This document shows positions 35,068-38,954 of a stretch of 38,954 nucleotides of DNA, in pieces. The translations under genes were made by a program, and so were the position numbers. The notes under the pieces are model-generated. The model searched no databases. It was given only the letters and a program-made list of their open reading frames with translations, and was not told the DNA's origin. Positions within the stretch are counted from its first letter, which is position 1. The number at the start of each line of letters is the position of its first letter. Source of the stretch: an uncultured Candidatus Micrarchaeota archaeon (GTDB lineage: Archaea; Micrarchaeota; Micrarchaeia; Norongarragalinales; Norongarragalinaceae); assembly GCA_903893865.1 (NCBI GenBank), contig CAITNU010000072.1, positions 1-38,954 on the forward strand. The letters run 5' to 3'.

Positions 35068-36438
35068 CTAAAACAAGTATTCCGCGATTCCCTCAAGCGC
35101 GCCAGCGCCCCTTGCGCTTGCCGCGCTCACCGTTTTCTCGTTCGTCCAATATTTTGCCTTGCGCAGCGGAGCACGCAAGTAACTCGCCACACCGATTTTT
35201 ACTGGCTGTTCGAGCGCTTTCTTGAGGAAAACGCGCGCGTCAACGAGCGCTCGTTTTTCTTCGACTGCGACTCTTGCTCCGTCAACGAACGGTCCTCGCA
35301 GCGGCTTCTTGTGCGCCGCGAGGAATTTCTTGACGTCGTCTTCGTGCGTTACTGGCGGGCCGTAGACTCGCGCAAGCCGCGGGCGTTCGAGCGACTCGAG
35401 TTCGATTAAGATGAATCCGCCGCGCGTTTTGTCGTCCGCGAAGTGCGTTGTGCCGGAAACGCTCCAATCGCGTTGTTCTAATTGCTTGCGCAGCGAGTGC
35501 GCGGTGCGCGCGAGTTGAGGCCACAATATGTCGTCAACGATTCGCGGTGCGCGGAATTCGAGGAGCAAAAAGTCCGTGCCGCGCTTCTTCATGGCGCTAA
35601 GAATTTCCGCCTTCGAGTAAACGCGTTTTTTGGGAAAGAAAAGCGCTTCGTTCGGTTTGCGCGAGTATTCGCGCGCGAGTAGAATGAATTTGTGTAGCGC
35701 CGTCTGCGTTACTGGCGCGGCGGCGTTTCGGTTGCGGTCAATCGCGTCGATTAGCACGAGCGGCTCAGTGAAAGGCGTTTTTTCTTTCGCGTAATGTCCT
35801 TCGATGTCGATGACGACTTGCGGTTTCCAGTTAGCGGCGTTTTTCATGAGCGTTTCAAGCGAACGGTAATTCAAAACGAGGTATTCGCACAGCAGGCCAG
35901 AAAATCCTCCGATTCGTGCTTCAGCGCCATAAATTGCGTGCGCTTTCAAGAGCTGTTTGAGCAGTCGCACGTCTTCGCGTTGCGCTCGCGTCAAGCGTTC
36001 CTGCAAGTAAAGCATATGCAACGGCGAACGGTCAACGGCGCTCTTGAGTTTCTCGTGCGGCTTGGTTGCAAAGCAAGGAATGACTTCGACTTCGAACCCG
36101 TCGACGACCGCCTGCAAGTACGGGTGTTCAGCATAATGCATTTCCCAGCGCGCGCGAATCGTTTTCTTTGTTATCGCGATTGTTTTCGCGACGATTTCTT
36201 CCTTCTTCAACGAGCGCGGGAAGGAAACGAACAAGTCGATGTCCTTGTCGCCTTGCAACCCAGTGTCTCGCGCTGTGCTTCCCACGAAGTGGATTTTGAC
36301 TTTCGAACCTTTCGACGCAAAGGCGCGTGCAAGTTTCTCGCTGAGCGAGAGCGCGAACCGTTTTTCGGCCGCGGCTTCGCTGGGCGTGGGACTGATTCGC
36401 TCGAGGATTTTCTTGCGCAGCGCGCTCGGCAGAGGCAT
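35068..36438 (-). CDS. cca: CCA-adding enzyme (archaeal class I)
   Basis: VGSTARDT.L.GDKDIDLF, YAEHPY, SAVDRSPLH, YGAE and GFSGLLCEYL motifs; start ATG 36438. Confidence 0.93.
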   Translation of the reverse strand: MPLPSALRKKILERISPTPSEAAAEKRFALSLSEKLARAFASKGSKVKIHFVGSTARDTGLQGDKDIDLFVSFPRSLKKEEIVAKTIAITKKTIRARWEMHYAEHPYLQAVVDGFEVEVIPCFATKPHEKLKSAVDRSPLHMLYLQERLTRAQREDVRLLKQLLKAHAIYGAEARIGGFSGLLCEYLVLNYRSLETLMKNAANWKPQVVIDIEGHYAKEKTPFTEPLVLIDAIDRNRNAAAPVTQTALHKFILLAREYSRKPNEALFFPKKRVYSKAEILSAMKKRGTDFLLLEFRAPRIVDDILWPQLARTAHSLRKQLEQRDWSVSGTTHFADDKTRGGFILIELESLERPRLARVYGPPVTHEDDVKKFLAAHKKPLRGPFVDGARVAVEEKRALVDARVFLKKALEQPVKIGVASYLRAPLRKAKYWTNEKTVSAASARGAGALEGIAEYLF

Positions 36439-36566
36439 GTTTACTTTAACGGAAAAACGCTTAATATAGCTTGCAAACAAAACAATTACGCAAAACAACA
36501 AACCAAACAATTGCTCAAAACAAAAAACAATTAACGCTTAAACGCTGACTGCTTTCGTGGTTTGAA

Positions 36567-37907
36567 ATGGATTTGGGTCAAGGCATTCGCAAGGCGCTCG
36601 CGAAGCTGACGGGCGCGGCGCTTGTCGACGAGAAGACGGTGCGCGAGTTGACGCGCGAGCTCCAGCGCGTGCTCATCACGAACGACGTTAACGTGAAACT
36701 CGTTTTCGAACTCACGAAAAAAATCGAGGAGCGCGCGCTGCGCGAAAAACCCGTGGCGGGATTAACGGGTCGCGAACACGTCGTGAAAGTCGTTTATGAG
36801 GAATTGCAGCGCGTTCTCGGCGGAAAGTTCGAGCCGCGAGTTGGAAAGCAAAAGATTTTGCTGCTCGGATTGTACGGACAAGGAAAAACAACTACGATTT
36901 CGAAACTCGCGAAATTCTACCAGTCGAAAGGGCTGAAAGTGGGCGTTATTGCTGGGGACGTGCACCGTCCCGCGGCGTTCGAGCAGTTGAAGCAGCTGGC
37001 GGAGCAGGTGCAGTGCGGTTTTTACGGGGAAAACGGCGAGAAGGATGCGGTTAAAGTCGCTCTCGCAGCCGAAAAGTTTTTCGCGGGCAAATACGACGTC
37101 TTGATTTTGGATTCCGCGGGACGCAGCGCGTTCGACGACGAACTCGTTCGCGAGATTAAAGCAGTCAACGTCGCGTTCAAGCCGGATGAGCGCTTTTTGG
37201 TTGTTTCCGCGGACTTAGGGCAAGTAGCAGGCAGGCAAGCGAGCGAATTCAACGCCGCAGTCGGGCTTACGGGCGTAATCATAACGAAAATGGACGGAAG
37301 CGGGAAAGGCGGCGGCGCCCTCAGCAGCGTGGCGGTGAGCGGAGCGCGAGTCGCGTTCATCGGGACGGGCGAGAAACCCACTGATTTCGAAGCATTCGAT
37401 TCAACTCGGTTCGTAGCGCAATTGTGCGGTTTTCCAGACCTCGGTTCGCTTCTCGATAAACTCAAGGAAGCGAGCGACGAGGAACTCGCGGAACGAGCGA
37501 TGGAAGACGGCAAGCTGGATTACGAGTCGTTTCTTGCGCAGACTCGCGCAATGAAGAAAATGGGCCCCATGAAGCAAGTAATGCAAATGCTCGGGCTCTA
37601 CGATTTGCCTGAAGAACTCGTCGGGCAAAGCGAAGCGAAAATGAAATCCTTCGAAGCAGCCGTTCTTTCAATGACGCCGTTCGAGCGCCAGAATCCAGAC
37701 GTGATGAAAAACAAGGCGCGGCAAGCGCGAGTGGCTAAAGGCGCTGGACTCAAGCCGGACGAAGTGCGCGAGCTCGTGAATAATTTCGAGCGCGCGAACA
37801 AGATGGTTAAACAGTTTTCGAAGAACCGCGGCTTAATGAAACAGCTCGGGAAACTCGGGGGCGGGAATCTCGGCGCGCTCGGCAAGCTCGGCGGATTCAA
37901 ACGCTAA
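36567..37907 (+). CDS. srp54: Signal recognition particle protein SRP54
   Basis: GLYGQGKTTT, DVHRPAAFEQL, DSAGR, TKMDGSGKGGGALS and M-domain SMTPFER...RVAKGAG. Confidence 0.95.
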   Translation: MDLGQGIRKALAKLTGAALVDEKTVRELTRELQRVLITNDVNVKLVFELTKKIEERALREKPVAGLTGREHVVKVVYEELQRVLGGKFEPRVGKQKILLLGLYGQGKTTTISKLAKFYQSKGLKVGVIAGDVHRPAAFEQLKQLAEQVQCGFYGENGEKDAVKVALAAEKFFAGKYDVLILDSAGRSAFDDELVREIKAVNVAFKPDERFLVVSADLGQVAGRQASEFNAAVGLTGVIITKMDGSGKGGGALSSVAVSGARVAFIGTGEKPTDFEAFDSTRFVAQLCGFPDLGSLLDKLKEASDEELAERAMEDGKLDYESFLAQTRAMKKMGPMKQVMQMLGLYDLPEELVGQSEAKMKSFEAAVLSMTPFERQNPDVMKNKARQARVAKGAGLKPDEVRELVNNFERANKMVKQFSKNRGLMKQLGKLGGGNLGALGKLGGFKR

Positions 37908-37993
37908 GACGCCGCAGTCGCTTTCGCAATCTTCTGGCTGCCGCAATAAAATATAAACATCAGTTTTTGATTTTTATAGTGGCGGTGTTAGGC

Positions 37994-38659
37994 TTAGGAA
38001 ACGAATTTTGAATTAGTTGTAACTATCTTGTGTATTCCTCTCGCAGTCATCTTCGCCATTCGTTGACTCATCAATTTGGCTTGTTTGCTTTTATTGACGT
38101 CATAACGCCAATCTGGCTGTTCGCCGAATACATCTTTAATCAGGCGGTACATATCGGCATATGACCTGGGGACTTTACCGGTTAGTATTTCGTGAGGATA
38201 TCCGATTTCTTTTCCGTGTATTTTTTTCGCACAGGCTATCGCGGGCAGAAGTACTTCTATTACCGGTTTTGAGCCAGGACGGTCGGATGACAAGTTTTCA
38301 TTAAGCCAATACCAAACGTCACCAAGAGGTCCGTACCCAGCCATGCTGGCTAGGGGCCCACCATCCAACGCTGTTTTCGGTGCTTCTGCAAACTTGTATT
38401 CCGAGATTTTTCTGTTTGCAGGAACGTATGGCGCATTATCCAATACTATTACGATTTTTCTTGTTGCGAGCGCGTTTTGAATTGCATTAGCCGCGTATTG
38501 CCCTAGATGATGCACGTCTAGTTTTTCATCTGCTGGTGATAAGTGGTCGAATACTTCTACCGTGTGGCCTAATTTGCTCAATTCTTTTTTCAAGAGCGGA
38601 GCCATCGCTTGTGCGGGGGTTGCACTAGGCCACCTGCGCATTAAAACGAATTCAGCCAT
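37994..38659 (-). CDS. Hypothetical protein (AT-richer orphan)
   Basis: About 221-aa ORF from ATG 38659; resembles the 12585-13292 ORF in layout. Confidence 0.6.
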   Translation of the reverse strand: MAEFVLMRRWPSATPAQAMAPLLKKELSKLGHTVEVFDHLSPADEKLDVHHLGQYAANAIQNALATRKIVIVLDNAPYVPANRKISEYKFAEAPKTALDGGPLASMAGYGPLGDVWYWLNENLSSDRPGSKPVIEVLLPAIACAKKIHGKEIGYPHEILTGKVPRSYADMYRLIKDVFGEQPDWRYDVNKSKQAKLMSQRMAKMTARGIHKIVTTNSKFVS

Positions 38660-38762
38660 GCAAAAATAAGGTTTCAAACTCTTAATAATGCTATCGCCAT
38701 CGAAAATCTTTTTGCCGCAGGTTTAAAATTCAGTTCGATGTTAATTCAGTCGTGGTGTAGTC

Positions 38763-38954
38763 GTGGAATTGCGCGAACTTGCAAAAAAAATTCCGTGGGC
38801 GTCGCTACTGCTTATCGTGCTCGTCTTGGCGTCCTACCTGCACTTCGTTGCAGAGCCTTACGCTTCCGAAACCGCGCTCGGCACATTCGGCTTGAGCCGA
38901 TTCAACTTGCTCGGCGTATTCACTCACGAGTTCATGCACCAAGGCCTGCACCAC
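38763..38954 (+). CDS. Rhomboid-family intramembrane protease (3' truncated)
   Basis: Manual translation MELRELAKKIPWASLLLIVLVL...LLGVFTHEFMHQGLHH matches the rhomboid 'P..T..L ... T..F.H.g..H' pattern. Confidence 0.7.
   Translation, partial: MELRELAKKIPWASLLLIVLVLASYLHFVAEPYASETALGTFGLSRFNLLGVFTHEFMHQGLHH

Noticed and set aside
429-37900. Many long overlapping or antisense ORFs in the ORF track (e.g. 439-1164, 8792-9616, 16352-17263, 32578-33279, 35794-36534)
   Set aside because: Shadow frames of well-supported genes in CG-rich coding DNA; Arg/Ser/Phe-rich with no recognisable motifs.

Overview
Archaeal chromosomal segment, probably from a DPANN/Micrarchaeota-like lineage. That lineage call is an inference from the style of the ribosomal, SRP54, CCA and ValS proteins and was not tested phylogenetically. 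The housekeeping backbone includes rps28e, rpl24e, valS, rps15, rps3ae, rnhB, dtdA, an Lhr helicase, EF-1beta, cca, srp54 and an intron-containing tRNA-Arg(GCG). It carries three notable modules. (1) A clustered archaeal 'modified' mevalonate pathway: MVK, UbiX, UbiD-type AMP decarboxylase, two-subunit phosphomevalonate dehydratase, IPK and a type-1-like IDI. (2) The highlight, at 13.35-18.25 kb: an apparently complete eukaryote-like ubiquitylation toolkit with E1, ubiquitin-like protein ending in GG, HPN-Cys E2, Rpn11-like JAB and a wHTH + C4HC3 RING E3 candidate. Two unknown proteins in this locus share a KP[RK][IV][IV]-type short motif with the E2 tail. (3) Riboflavin/flavin genes (RibK, ECF transporter, RibL), followed by a 25.2-28.5 kb region of long AT-rich spacers with recurring, partly inverted motifs. 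About nine AT-richer orphan genes are inserted singly between core genes, and there is a lipoprotein with three mosaic LamG domains. No CRISPR array, rRNA or transposase was seen.
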